A stretch of 64,000 nt of DNA from an uncultured Verrucomicrobiae bacterium (GTDB lineage Bacteria; Verrucomicrobiota; Verrucomicrobiia; Chthoniobacterales; UBA10450), in assembly GCA_963815455.1 (NCBI GenBank), contig CAWFGO010000002.1, positions 416,001 to 480,000 on the forward strand. Reading direction: 5' to 3'. The notes under the pieces were generated by a model. That model was not told where the DNA came from, did no database searches, and saw only the letters and a list, made by a program, of their open reading frames with translations. This document shows positions 49,583 to 60,063 of this stretch, piece after piece; within the stretch, counting starts at the first letter, position 1; each line of letters begins with the position of its first letter. The position numbers and the translations under genes were made by a program.

Positions 49583-50725
49583 TCACGGTTCGCCGGTGTT
49601 GCCACCATCGAGGTAAAGCAAGACAAAAGCGATGCCGAGCAAAGGAGTGAGTAATTTTTGCACCAGGCCGAGCCCGAGGATGGTGAAATTGAACTGTACC
49701 GATGGCGGGTTTGCTCGCAGCGCCTCCAGAACGACCTGTGGATCGGTGGAAGTCGTAAGCGCATGATAATATTGACGGATGAATGCCCACTCGGGGCCGA
49801 TGTTGAGCGCTACAACGAATGCGATCCAAAGTGAGGCGATGAAAACACCGCGCCACATCGGGCGTTGATACCAGGGAAGATCGCGCCGGCTCCGGGCGAA
49901 CTCTTTGCTTTGGCGCAACGCCGTTCCGGGGTCCGAATCCGCGAGAACGGCGAACTGCTGCCAGAACAGGACATTGATGTAAAAGCGCCCAAACAACCAA
50001 ACTTGAAGCCCGAGTAAGCCCAGCGAGATAGGAACGACCAATAGCGAAGACGCTCCGACGACAATCATCGCCAGGATGCCGACCGCGAACATGATCAACA
50101 GAAAAAAGACCACGTAGACGAAAATGCAGAGGATTGCTACGCGCGGCCAAAATCTCAGGATCTCATGAAGCAGGCCGGAGATTCGCGCGTCACGGCCGGC
50201 GGCCAATTCGGCCGTCAGGATCTGAATGCCGGCGACGAATACTGGCCACGCAACGAGTCCGAGCAGCAGCATGCAAAGAGTGAACGCCGCAGCCGCGGCC
50301 GAACGCAGATCGGGAGTAGCAGTCGTCGATGTATCCACGGCAAAAGCGCTCAACTGGCCGCAAATCCAAGGCAGCGTCACGAGCAGCGTTAAATAAAAAA
50401 ATTGGACGAAGCCTTTGCAGTAAATCCGAAATGTGGCGACTAGAATTTGCGCGAAACTGTGCCGCGGCGGCGTTGTGGGCATTGCCGCTGGCTGCGGCTC
50501 GGGATCAATGCTGCCGGGGGTGTCTGGCGAGCCGCGGTCAACGTCCGCAGCTACAGTATCGAACAAGCCGGGAATCTCCGCCGCGGTGATCCAAAGATCC
50601 TCATCGGAGCGGCGCGCCGGATTTTGGGCGAGCACGCGCCCTTCACGCTTCCATTCCTGAAGCGCATCGAGCTCGGCCGGGCCGTAATCTTTTCCGTCAA
50701 CTTGAATGATCCACTCGTCTGACAT
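49583..50725 (-). CDS. GYF_2 (DUF4339) domain membrane protein
   Basis: WIIQVDGKDYGP...L.EW..EGR...W....EIPGL followed by multiple TM helices. Confidence 0.78.
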   Translation of the reverse strand: MSDEWIIQVDGKDYGPAELDALQEWKREGRVLAQNPARRSDEDLWITAAEIPGLFDTVAADVDRGSPDTPGSIDPEPQPAAMPTTPPRHSFAQILVATFRIYCKGFVQFFYLTLLVTLPWICGQLSAFAVDTSTTATPDLRSAAAAAFTLCMLLLGLVAWPVFVAGIQILTAELAAGRDARISGLLHEILRFWPRVAILCIFVYVVFFLLIMFAVGILAMIVVGASSLLVVPISLGLLGLQVWLFGRFYINVLFWQQFAVLADSDPGTALRQSKEFARSRRDLPWYQRPMWRGVFIASLWIAFVVALNIGPEWAFIRQYYHALTTSTDPQVVLEALRANPPSVQFNFTILGLGLVQKLLTPLLGIAFVLLYLDGGNTGEP

Positions 50726-50778
50726 CGCTTGATCATCCCGCATCCCGCATCCAGAATCCAGTGCCGGCATTCGCGGCC

Positions 50779-51720
50779 ATGAAACTTCTTCTCATCGACG
50801 GGCACTATTACGTTTACCGGTCGTTCTTCGCGATCCCGAATCTGTCCAATTCACGCGGCGAACCGACCAACGCGATTTTCGGTTTTACCAAGACGCTGCG
50901 CCTGATGATGAAGCATCTCCAGCCGGAACTGGCTGCGGTGTTTTGGGACGAAGGGATGCCGGAACGCCGGGTCAAGTTACAGCCCGCTTACAAGGAAACG
51001 CGCAAGGAAATGCCCAAGCCGATGGTGCCGCAACTCGATTTTATCCAGGAAACGCTGACCGATCTGCTTGGTTTCACCGGCATTTCGCTGCCGAATACAG
51101 AGGCGGACGATTTGATGGGCTGCTACGCGATGGCGGCAGGCAAACGCCCCGGAATGGAAGTCGTGCTGGCGACCAACGATAAGGATTTATACCAACTGGT
51201 CGGCCCGCGCGTGAAAGTTTATACTACCGCCAAGGCCGATCTCCCTTCTCCCAAGGATGCTTTCGCCCTGCTCGGGGAAGCGGAAGCCACCGCAAAATGG
51301 GAAGTGCCGCCAAAGCTGATCGGCGATGTTCTGGCTCTCACCGGCGATTCGGTTGATAACATTCCGAGCGCCGGCTTCGGGCGCAAGACCGCGGCGGCGC
51401 TCATTCGCGAATTTGGCGGCCTGGAACCGTTGCTGGCCAACATCGACAAGGTAAAGAGCGCGCGTAGCCAGGAAAAACTGGCCGCCGCGCGCGAACAGAT
51501 TTTGCAAAACCGAGAAATGGTCGATCTCGATTGCCATCTCGAATTGCCCGTCCCGATCGACGATCTCCAAATCAAGCCGAACTATCCCGCGCTGATCGCA
51601 GCCCTGGAAAAATGCGAGTTCAAATCGCTTCTGAAGGAGGTGCAGGAGGAAGCCGGCTCGGATCGGAATAGCCGAACAGGGCAATCTGCTGTAGCGGCGG
51701 TCTCCGACCGTCGAACCTGA
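50779..51720 (+). CDS. Stand-alone 5'-3' exonuclease (flap endonuclease)
   Basis: LLIDG, TNAIFGF, YKETR, EADD, TNDKDLYQL, LTGDSVDNIP; no polymerase domain. Confidence 0.93.
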   Translation: MKLLLIDGHYYVYRSFFAIPNLSNSRGEPTNAIFGFTKTLRLMMKHLQPELAAVFWDEGMPERRVKLQPAYKETRKEMPKPMVPQLDFIQETLTDLLGFTGISLPNTEADDLMGCYAMAAGKRPGMEVVLATNDKDLYQLVGPRVKVYTTAKADLPSPKDAFALLGEAEATAKWEVPPKLIGDVLALTGDSVDNIPSAGFGRKTAAALIREFGGLEPLLANIDKVKSARSQEKLAAAREQILQNREMVDLDCHLELPVPIDDLQIKPNYPALIAALEKCEFKSLLKEVQEEAGSDRNSRTGQSAVAAVSDRRT

Positions 51721-52009
51721 ATCGATCGTCGCCTCCGAAGTTCCGCCTAAACGCCTGAACACCTGCGGCTAACATCGACACAAAATTTCCCAAAAAAAAC
51801 CGAACACTTCCCCTTCCTGCACTGTCGAACTTAGCAGGTTAAGGCGATTTGGGCGGTTGCACGTTTTTCGTATTTGTTGTTTCTCCTTGCGTGCGCCGCC
51901 CGAATCTTTTTCCGGGTATTCGCGGGCTCGACTCGCCCTACCATCTAGGGCGCCTCGTAACTGCGGGATTGCCAGTCTCCTCGCGGTATGATGTTTTCAT
52001 GGAAGTTCC

Positions 52010-53341
52010 ATGGAAAATCAGCTGTTTGGCATTCGCGGGTTCCTGATCGATTCGCCGGAATTCGGTACAGTCCGGGGCCGCCGGAACGGCGCGATCGTGA
52101 TCGAAAACGGTCGGATCTCGACGATCGGCGATTACGATGATCTCCGCCGGCTGCAACGCCAGCCCGTTCATTGGATCGACCACGGGCCGGTGGCAATTTT
52201 CCCCGGGCTGATCGATTGCCACACCCATCTGCCCCAGTACCCCGTCGTCGCCCGCGGCGAGAGCGAACTGCTCCCCTGGTTGCGCCAGCACATTTTCCCG
52301 ATCGAACGCGAGTTCACCGGCCCGAAAGCGCGCATCGAAGCGCCCCAGTTTTTCCACGAGCTCGCCCGGCACGGGACAACCATGGCGATGGTTTACACGG
52401 CAATTTACGAGGACAGTTGCGAGATCGCTTTCGAAGCGGCACGCGAAAGCGGGCTGCGCGTCATCATGGGAAAAATGATGATGGACATCGGTTCTTACGG
52501 TCAGCTCCAGCCCAAGAAAGTCCTCTCCGTCTCGCTCACGGAAAGCGAGCGACTCTGCCGGAAATGGCACCGGAGCGAAAATGGCCGGCTCGAATATGCC
52601 TTCAGCCCGCGCTTTGCGGTTACGTGTTCGGAAAAAATGATGCGGAGCGCGGCCGAATTAGCGGTCCGCTACAACGCCTATATTCAAACTCACCTGGCCG
52701 AGAACCGGGAGGAGATCGAAAAAGTTCATCATTTATATATGTCGGCCCGGGATTACACCGATGTTTACGAAAAATGCGGCCTGCTCACGCCCAAGACCGT
52801 GCTGGGACATTGCATCCACCTTAATCCGCGCGAAATCGCTGCCATTGCGGCCGCGCAATCGAGCGTCGCCCATTGTCCGACCTCGAACCTTTTTCTCGGC
52901 AGCGGCCTGATCAAGTTGGAACAACTCGTGTGGGCCGGAATTCCAGTGGGACTTGGCTCCGACGTGGCGGCCGGGCCGGAGTTGAACATGTGGCAAGTGA
53001 TGCGGGCCGCCGTTGACGTGCAAAAAGCGCGCGGCGCTTACGAACCGAATTTGCGTCCGCTGAAGCCGGGCGAGGCATTTTATCTCGCCACCCAGGGCGG
53101 CGCCCGGGCCCTCGGAAAAAGCCAGATGATTGGGACCTTCGACCTTGGCAAAGAGGCGGACCTGATCGTTGTCGATCTTGCCGCGTTGCTTCCCTACTCG
53201 AAAGACCGGGACGCGCTGCGGGCAATGTCCCCGGACGACGTTATCGCGCTGTGCGTTTACCGGGCCGGACCCCACGCGATCCTGGAGACGTACGTTCGTG
53301 GTCGATGCGTCTATCGGGCAGCGAACTTGCCCCTGGCCTGA
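52010..53341 (+). CDS. guaD: Guanine deaminase
   Basis: PGLIDCHTHLPQ, SPRFAVTCS, QTHLAEN, HCPTSNLFLGSG, GLGSDV. Confidence 0.92.
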   Translation: MENQLFGIRGFLIDSPEFGTVRGRRNGAIVIENGRISTIGDYDDLRRLQRQPVHWIDHGPVAIFPGLIDCHTHLPQYPVVARGESELLPWLRQHIFPIEREFTGPKARIEAPQFFHELARHGTTMAMVYTAIYEDSCEIAFEAARESGLRVIMGKMMMDIGSYGQLQPKKVLSVSLTESERLCRKWHRSENGRLEYAFSPRFAVTCSEKMMRSAAELAVRYNAYIQTHLAENREEIEKVHHLYMSARDYTDVYEKCGLLTPKTVLGHCIHLNPREIAAIAAAQSSVAHCPTSNLFLGSGLIKLEQLVWAGIPVGLGSDVAAGPELNMWQVMRAAVDVQKARGAYEPNLRPLKPGEAFYLATQGGARALGKSQMIGTFDLGKEADLIVVDLAALLPYSKDRDALRAMSPDDVIALCVYRAGPHAILETYVRGRCVYRAANLPLA

Positions 53342-54213
53342 TGAATGCGCTCAATTTCGATCCGATCGGCGTCGCGCTCGCGGAAGACATCGGCGAGGGC
53401 GATGTGACCAGCGAGTTCTTTGTGCCGCCGACGGTCCAGGCAACCGCTCAAATCGTTGCCCGTGAAAAAGCGATTGTTGCCGGGACGAAGACTGCCGCCG
53501 AAGTTTTCCGCCGCGTTGATCCCGGAGTCAAAATTCAAATCGTCCGGAACGACGGCGCCGCGATTGTTGCCGGCGACACCATCATCGAGCTCCGCGGTCC
53601 CGCCCGCTCGATTTTGAAAGGAGAGCGCGTTGCCCTGAATTTTCTGCAACGCCTTTGTGGAATTGCAACGCTGACTCGAAAATTCGTCCAAGCTGCGGGG
53701 AAAAAACGAGTAAAGATCCTCGATACCCGGAAAACTACGCCCGGTCTTCGCGCGCTGGAGAAAGCGGCCGTGCTCGCGGGCGGCGGCGCGAATCATCGCT
53801 TCGGCTTGTTCGACATGGTGTTGATCAAGGACAACCATCTCGGTGCCCGAATGGGAATGTCGGGACTGGCCGAGGCGATTCGCCGGATGCACCAGGCGCG
53901 TCCCGACGTGCCCATCGAAGTGGAAGCGGATACTCTCGATCAGGTGCGAGCGCTGCTGAAAATGGAAGGTGTCGATGTTGTTTTGCTCGATAACATGAAA
54001 CCGGCGGACATGCGCAAAGCCGTCGCGTTGGGCCGGCACTGTAGCGGCGGCCGTGTCGGCCGCAGAGTAAAATTCGAGGCGAGCGGCGGCATCACGTTGA
54101 AGAATGTCCGCCAAATCGCGGCCACCGGTGTCGATTCCATTTCCGTCGGTGCGCTCACCCATTCCGCCCCGGCCATCAATCTTTCACTCGAAATCAAGAA
54201 TGTCGCCTCTTGA
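53341..54213 (+). CDS. nadC: Quinolinate phosphoribosyltransferase
   Basis: EDIGEGDVT, ERVALNFL, DTRKTTPG, LIKDNH, IEVE, LLDNM, EASGGI, ISVGALTHS. Confidence 0.96.
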   Translation: MNALNFDPIGVALAEDIGEGDVTSEFFVPPTVQATAQIVAREKAIVAGTKTAAEVFRRVDPGVKIQIVRNDGAAIVAGDTIIELRGPARSILKGERVALNFLQRLCGIATLTRKFVQAAGKKRVKILDTRKTTPGLRALEKAAVLAGGGANHRFGLFDMVLIKDNHLGARMGMSGLAEAIRRMHQARPDVPIEVEADTLDQVRALLKMEGVDVVLLDNMKPADMRKAVALGRHCSGGRVGRRVKFEASGGITLKNVRQIAATGVDSISVGALTHSAPAINLSLEIKNVAS

Positions 54214-54796
54214 TGCCGAGGCGCTCCGGCACGCGCTGGGAGAATGCGTGATCGGTCGCGAGATTGTCGTTCTCGAAGAAGCGACTTCGACCAACGACGC
54301 CATCTTGCAACGCGCGTTACCAACAACCCCGGAAGGCCTGGTCGTTTTCGCCGAACATCAAACCGCCGGCCGAGGCCAGCGAGCCAACCGCTGGGAATCG
54401 GCCGCGGCCAAAGGCCTCTGGTTCTCCATTCTCCTGCGACCGAAGATCGACATCGGCCAATCGCCGCGTCTCACCGCGTGGGCGGCAAAAGCCGTAGCCA
54501 AAACGATCCGCGATGAATTCTCGCTCCCCGTAACGGTCAAGGCGCCGAATGACGTTCAAATCGAAGGGCGAAAAGTTGCCGGCGTTCTGGTTGAGATGCG
54601 CGCGCAACCAAATGCGCCGCATCTGGCCATTGCCGGAATCGGTATCAATGTAAATCACACCCCGGAAGATTTCCCCGAAGAATTGAAAAAGACCGCGGTC
54701 TCGCTGGCGATAACGCTGGATCGACAAATCGATCGACACCAATTTGCCATCGCGGTCCTGCGAAATCTCGACACTAGTTACGCAGAGGTTTTCTAA
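54200..54796 (+). CDS. birA: Biotin-[acetyl-CoA carboxylase] ligase (catalytic domain only)
   Basis: TSTND, AEHQTAGRGQ, KAPND, KVAGVLVE, GIGINVN. Confidence 0.9.
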   Translation: MSPLDAEALRHALGECVIGREIVVLEEATSTNDAILQRALPTTPEGLVVFAEHQTAGRGQRANRWESAAAKGLWFSILLRPKIDIGQSPRLTAWAAKAVAKTIRDEFSLPVTVKAPNDVQIEGRKVAGVLVEMRAQPNAPHLAIAGIGINVNHTPEDFPEELKKTAVSLAITLDRQIDRHQFAIAVLRNLDTSYAEVF

Positions 54797-54951
54797 GGTG
54801 GATCGAGCAGTCCCTTGTCCGCCAGTCGGACGGACTCGTCCCGTGGCGAGCTCGATGCCAATCCAACGGCGCAGCCGCAAACTGAATTGCCCAGAGAGAT
54901 CTCGGCAAGTTGCGGCTGTTTAGCATCGCCCGCGGAGCGGCCGATCCACCT
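54797..54951. repeat. GTGG-type REP doublet with nested short palindrome
   Basis: Inverted ends ggtggatcg...cgatccacc; inner ggactcgtcccgtggcgag and ttgcc...ggcaa hairpins. Confidence 0.55.
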
Positions 54952-55071
54952 TGCCGTCGCGCTGCTTGCGAAAATCTCGATCGAACGCACGCGCAGACTT
55001 TCCTAAATCATGCGCTGTGCTTGAAACTTGACTGCTTAAAGCAGTCAAGTCTAACGACTTCTATCGCGCTT

Positions 55072-56178
55072 CTATGTGGTCGTCATTTGCCGGAGCCAGT
55101 CGCGATAAACACGCGGCGAGATCTCCGATGGCTTAATTTCGCTGCGGCCGCCCCAGAAACACGTTCGTGTAGGAAACCGGGATGCCGCTGGCCTGAAGAT
55201 GTCGATCTATCGCGGCTTTGTGCTCGAGCAGGAGCGCTTTGTCAGTGCCGTGGGCCACGGCCATGATGTTGACGTTCTTGAATTCCGGGCCCGCTTCGCG
55301 CCAGTAGCAATGGGTGAGAATATGATGCCGGCCGACTTCGCCGCCCGCTTCGATCTCGCGCCCGGGTGGCACCGCCCAGTGAAAGAGCGCGTTGAATCGC
55401 GTCACCCGCACGCCGCCGGCCGACGGTTTGACATGCTCGAGAAAAGTTGAGAATCGCCCGACGATTTTCCGCGCGTTCAAGCTTTCGGCCACGCGATAAA
55501 ATTCTTCGAGCGAAACACCGGCTTCCTTGGCGCGCGCTACCCACGGCGAAGGCTTAATTTCGTCCGGCAGTAAATTCGCGCTTGAGCGCGAGCAGAACGT
55601 TCCATTCCTGCTCATTCAGATCGACAGCCTGCACCGGAATCATCTTTGCCGGCGTGTCCGATTTGCTTCCCGGCTCAATCGTTTTCCGGCGAACATGCCC
55701 TACTCCAAGCGTGAAAATTCCCTTGGCCGGCATCAGTCGAAAACGTTCCGCGCCGACTTTCTGCGCCAACAGTTCGCCATGCGCTTGCAAAGAAAATCCG
55801 CGCGGCACTTTGACGCGTGGTCCAGAGTTTGTAATCCGATCCTGCGGTGACGGTATCGGTCGAGCGCAAGACGACGTGACCGGAAAACGGATCGCGTTGA
55901 AACATCCAATCGAACGCGTTGTCGATCTTGTTCTCGGGAACTTTCCAGGCCACCAGCGCGCCATCGGCCAGATTGGTGGCCAGCAGCGTCTGCCGGACAC
56001 GCCGAATCGTTCCCGCGCGCAGCATGGCCGCGATCCGCGCCATCACTGCATCGACATCGACGCCCGAACGCCGCGCGATTTCCTCGAATGGTTCCCGCAC
56101 GAATCCTTCGATTTTGTCCTCGGAAATCGCCAGGATCTTTGCGTTAATCGGATCGTCGTGTTCGACCGGGAGCATCAT
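55072..56178 (-). CDS. Lrp/AsnC-type siroheme decarboxylase-like (NirDL/AhbAB-fold) protein, split by about 3 frameshifts
   Basis: ORFs 55675-56178, 55554-56000 and 55133-55615 join: REPFEEIARRSG...GALVAWKVP...GHVVLR...NALFHWAVP...THCYWR...MAVAHG; a further shift gives FWGGRSEIKPSEIS...* at 55072. Confidence 0.72.
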
Positions 56179-56246
56179 GTCAATGTGGCACAGGCATCTT
56201 GCCTGTGTATAAACAAATCATCGGCTGGAAGCCGATGCCACTTCGA

Positions 56247-56909
56247 ATGTTCAAGGCCATCTTCTTCGACGCTGCCGGCACGCTCATTTATCTCACCAAG
56301 ACCGTGGGCGATCATTACGCGCTCGTTGGCCAAGAGATCGGATTGAAGCTCGACGCCACCAAACTGGATCGCGCTTTTTATTGTCGCCTGGAAACAAATG
56401 CCGCCGCGAGCGCCCATCGACGGCCCGCGCGAAAATGACGACAAAGACTGGTGGCGACCAGCTGGTCGATCTTGTTCTCGATCAAGCGGCGCCATCTCTT
56501 GAACGCGTTCGATCGCGATAATTTCTTCGAGATCGCCTACGAACATTTCGCCGAGCCTGGCGTATGGGCTTTGTATCCGGAGGTTGTCGATGTTCTGGAG
56601 AAATTGCGGCCCCGATTTCAGCTTGTCGTCATTTCGAATTTCGATGGCCGTCTGCGATTCATTCTCGATCATCTTGGCATTTCGAAATTTTTCTCTCATA
56701 TTTTTGTCTCCAGCGAGATCGGCGCCGATAAACCGGACCCGGAAATCTTCCGGCGCGCGCTTAAGTTCCTGAATCTGAAGCCCGACCAGGTTTTGCATGT
56801 CGGCGACGATCCCGAACGAGATTGGAGCGCAGCTGGTGCCGCAGGAGTGTCAATTTTCCGATTGGATCGAGAAAAGAATTCCCTGCGGGATTTGCTAATC
56901 CAGCTGTAG
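56247..56909 (+). CDS. HAD-like hydrolase, split by frameshifts near 56380-56500
   Basis: FFDAAGTL motif I; ISNFD; KPDPEIF; LHVGDD..RD. Confidence 0.85.
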
Positions 56910-57003
56910 CCGCCGCCCTGTGGGCCCCGCGCCCGCGTGGCACGGCGATGCGGCTACAACCTTGCGGTGCTGCACGATCTGGATTAAAAAAATACCTCTT
57001 CGC

Positions 57004-57076
57004 GGGTCGGTAGCTCAATTGGTAGAGCAGCGCCCTTTTAAGGCGTTGGTTCCGGGTTCGAGTCCCGGCCGACCCA
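57004..57076 (+). tRNA. tRNA-Lys(UUU)
   Basis: Acceptor stem GGGTCGG/CCGACCC, D-arm GCTC/GAGC, anticodon loop CTTTTAA, T-loop TTCGAGT; CCA not encoded. Confidence 0.97.
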
Positions 57077-57165
57077 ATCTCCCAAGGAATGGAGTGTTGG
57101 AGTGATGGGGTGTTGGAGTAATGTTCCCAGAGTTTCACTACTCCGATAGCCAGCGCGAACCTGCT

Positions 57166-57810
57166 GTGATCTCCCACAAATATAAATGCATTTTCGTTGA
57201 AGTGCCCAAGACCGGATCGACCAGCGTCCGGGCCATTCTGGGTAAGGCGTGGAAACCGCATCTGAACTTGTGGCAGATCAAAAATCATATGGAGAACTAT
57301 TGGACGCATTTCGGCGGGACAAAAAACCGGATTCTCGAAGTGATCTATCCAGCGTTGTCGAAGGAGCGGCGAAAAGAAATCGGCCAAAAACAATTCGAGA
57401 CCTATTTCAAATTTGGATTCGTTCGCAATCCGTGGGACCGGGTGGTCTCGTTGTACGAGCGCAACGAGGCCGGCACGCTCAAAGACAAGATGACCTTCGA
57501 ACAGTTTGTGGATTGGATCCAATACAGCAGCGCTACTTGCATTCACTCCTCGCCGCATCGCTATCAACTGGACTGGTTCGTCGATCCTAATGGCAATGTC
57601 CTGGCCGATTTCATCGGAAAATTTGAGCGCCTCGAAGAAGATTGGGCTCGGGTCGCCCAAAAACTTGGGATCGCGGAAAAACTGCCGCATCGCCGGGCCA
57701 ACCCTCGGGCCCGACATTACACCGAATATTATAATCCTCGGACACGAGAGGTGATCGCGAACAAGTTCAAGGTGGATATCGAACGATTTGGTTATGAGTT
57801 CGAAGGGTAG
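57166..57810 (+). CDS. Sulfotransferase family 2 protein
   Basis: ISHKYKCIFVEVPKTGSTS (5'-PSB), FVRNPWDRVVSLY (3'-PB), FIGKFERL, DIERFGY. Confidence 0.9.
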   Translation: MISHKYKCIFVEVPKTGSTSVRAILGKAWKPHLNLWQIKNHMENYWTHFGGTKNRILEVIYPALSKERRKEIGQKQFETYFKFGFVRNPWDRVVSLYERNEAGTLKDKMTFEQFVDWIQYSSATCIHSSPHRYQLDWFVDPNGNVLADFIGKFERLEEDWARVAQKLGIAEKLPHRRANPRARHYTEYYNPRTREVIANKFKVDIERFGYEFEG

Positions 57811-58766
57811 GATTAAGGCGATCGTTCTGAGCTGCGATCGCTATCGGCCGATCGCCGAGCACATGATGCTTCAATACGAACGCTTGTGGCCGGAACATCC
57901 GTTTGTTTTTCATATTCCGTATCAGAATTTGGCCGGGCAGGAATCTGAACGGACCCGATATTTCGAGACACCGGAGGAAATCAGGCCAACGGTTCTGCAA
58001 TTGCTCGCGGGGATCGACGACGAGGAGTGGGTCTACTGGTGCGTAGACGACAAGTATCCGATTCAGCTTGTTACCGGCAAAATTGACGAACTAATCACCG
58101 ATGCGATGAAATCGTAAGTTGGGTGATATGCTGGTGATTAGTTCGTCATTTTGCCGGTACAAGCTGAATCGGATACTTGTCGTCTACGCACCAGTAGACC
58201 ACTCCTCGCCGCTCGCTATCAACTGGACTGGTTCGTCGATCCTATGGCATGTCCTGGCCGATTTCATCGGAAAATTTGAGCGCCTCGAAGAAGATTGGGC
58301 TCGGGTCGCCCAAAAACTTGGGATCGCGGAAAAACTGCCGCATCGCCGGGCCAACCCTCGGGCCCGACATTACACCGAATATTATAATCCTCGGACACGA
58401 GAGGTGATCGCGAACAAGTTCAAGGTGGATATCGAACGATTTGGTTATGAGTTCGAAGGGTAGGATTAAGGCGATCGTTCTGAGCTGCGATCGCTATCGG
58501 CCGATCGCCGAGCACATGATGCTTCAATACGAACGCTTGTGGCCGGAACATCCGTTTGTTTTTCATATTCCGTATCAGAATTTGGCCGGGCAGGAATCTG
58601 AACGGACCCGATATTTCGAGACACCGGAGGAAATCAGGCCAACGGTTCTGCAATTGCTCGCGGGGATCGACGACGAGGAGTGGGTCTACTGGTGCGTAGA
58701 CGACAAGTATCCGATTCAGCTTGTTACCGGCAAAATTGACGAACTAATCACCGATGCGATGAAATC
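57545..58766 (+). repeat. 653-bp-period direct duplication joined by an inverted error-rich segment (probable artefact)
   Basis: 57545-58113 recurs at about 58200-58766; 58137-58208 is the reverse complement of 58021-58100 with small deletions. Confidence 0.85.
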
Positions 58767-59184
58767 GCCCGATATGAGCGGTCTACTTTTCTGTCGATGC
58801 CGGGTCACCCTGGACAGTCCCAAACTCACGCTTTATCCGAAGAAACGAGTCAACGCATTTGGCGATATCTATTTCGAACGCAAAGCTTGGTATCAAATTT
58901 GGATTCATCAGCTTCTGCGGGCCAAGGTGCTTCGCCATCTCTTCACTCAAATGCCGGCCGATATTCCGTCGGCGAAAGCAATGGATAAGTTAAAAGATGA
59001 TGTGGAGAAACTGACCGAGCAGCGGCTGTTTGTGACCAAGGAGAACTTTGCGATCTTCGGGGAAAGCACCAACCGCGGATCGATCACGCAAAATTGCTAC
59101 GAGAGCATCCGACGCACGAACATCGAGCTTCCCGATTGGTTTCAAAATCCCAACGGCAAATATGTGACGCTTGGGAAACTGTAG
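58447..59184 (+). CDS. Hypothetical glycosyltransferase-like protein
   Basis: AIVLSCDRY, VYWCVDD; truncated duplicate at 57794-58117. Confidence 0.65.
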   Translation: MSSKGRIKAIVLSCDRYRPIAEHMMLQYERLWPEHPFVFHIPYQNLAGQESERTRYFETPEEIRPTVLQLLAGIDDEEWVYWCVDDKYPIQLVTGKIDELITDAMKSPDMSGLLFCRCRVTLDSPKLTLYPKKRVNAFGDIYFERKAWYQIWIHQLLRAKVLRHLFTQMPADIPSAKAMDKLKDDVEKLTEQRLFVTKENFAIFGESTNRGSITQNCYESIRRTNIELPDWFQNPNGKYVTLGKL

Positions 59185-59190
59185 GCAAAC

Positions 59191-60063
59191 ATGCGACAAA
59201 TTCTCAGGAGTATAACCTCCCTGTGGCCGGGCCGGGAATCCGGGAACAACGGTCAGAAGGTGATTGTGTTTACCACCCATCGAGCCGCTTCGATGTTGCT
59301 CCATCGGGTCTTGCGAGACGTCTGCGCGAAGAATGAGATCCCATATTATTCCCCGAACCAATCGCGCGATAAGCAATTGCCATTTGAACGCATCTTCAAG
59401 GGCGAGGATTTTATTGCCCGGCGCCACGGCTGCTTCGGACCGCTCCGTTTCTTTGTCCCCAGCGCGGCCCTGACCACGGCGAGAATCGTGCTTCATCTTC
59501 GCGATCCAAGAGACGTGCTGACCTCGATGTTCTTTTCCTACTGCTTCATGCATCCCGGGGAAATCGAGCCCAACACCGGGTACCGCAAGGAGGTCGCCGA
59601 AGCCGGGATCGACAAGTTTGTTCTCGATATGAGTGACGATAATTTCACCCGTTATCGGGGCAGTTACGGCACCGGTTTACGCCACGCAAAATATGCCGGA
59701 AACGTTTGTGACAGATACGCCGCTTATGTTCGGGAGGTCGTCGGCAAGCCGAATGCGATCGTGATCTCCTATGAAGAAATGGTCCTCGATTTCGGCAGTT
59801 GGCTTCGCAAATTCTTGTCCGCATTTGAATTGAACGACGCGGATGAGACTTATCAATTCGTCATGAGTCGCCGGGCCGAAAGCGTCAAACCCGGCGATGA
59901 GGATATGTCGAAGCATAAGCGAAAAGTGACGCCGGGTGATCACAAAGAAAAGCTGAGGCCCGAAACGATCGCGGAACTCAACCGGCGCTTCAGTGACGCG
60001 CTCGACGCGCTCGGCTATTCGAATCCGAAACGCGAGGCTCAGCAGGCGCTTTCTAACAAGTGA
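59191..60063 (+). CDS. Sulfotransferase domain protein
   Basis: THRAAS, RDPRDVLTS, SYEEM, RKVTPGDH. Confidence 0.82.
   Translation: MRQILRSITSLWPGRESGNNGQKVIVFTTHRAASMLLHRVLRDVCAKNEIPYYSPNQSRDKQLPFERIFKGEDFIARRHGCFGPLRFFVPSAALTTARIVLHLRDPRDVLTSMFFSYCFMHPGEIEPNTGYRKEVAEAGIDKFVLDMSDDNFTRYRGSYGTGLRHAKYAGNVCDRYAAYVREVVGKPNAIVISYEEMVLDFGSWLRKFLSAFELNDADETYQFVMSRRAESVKPGDEDMSKHKRKVTPGDHKEKLRPETIAELNRRFSDALDALGYSNPKREAQQALSNK

Noticed and set aside
57794..58463. ORFs 57788-58117 and 58119-58463 as real paralogs
   Set aside because: Products of the fold-back duplication, probably an artefact.
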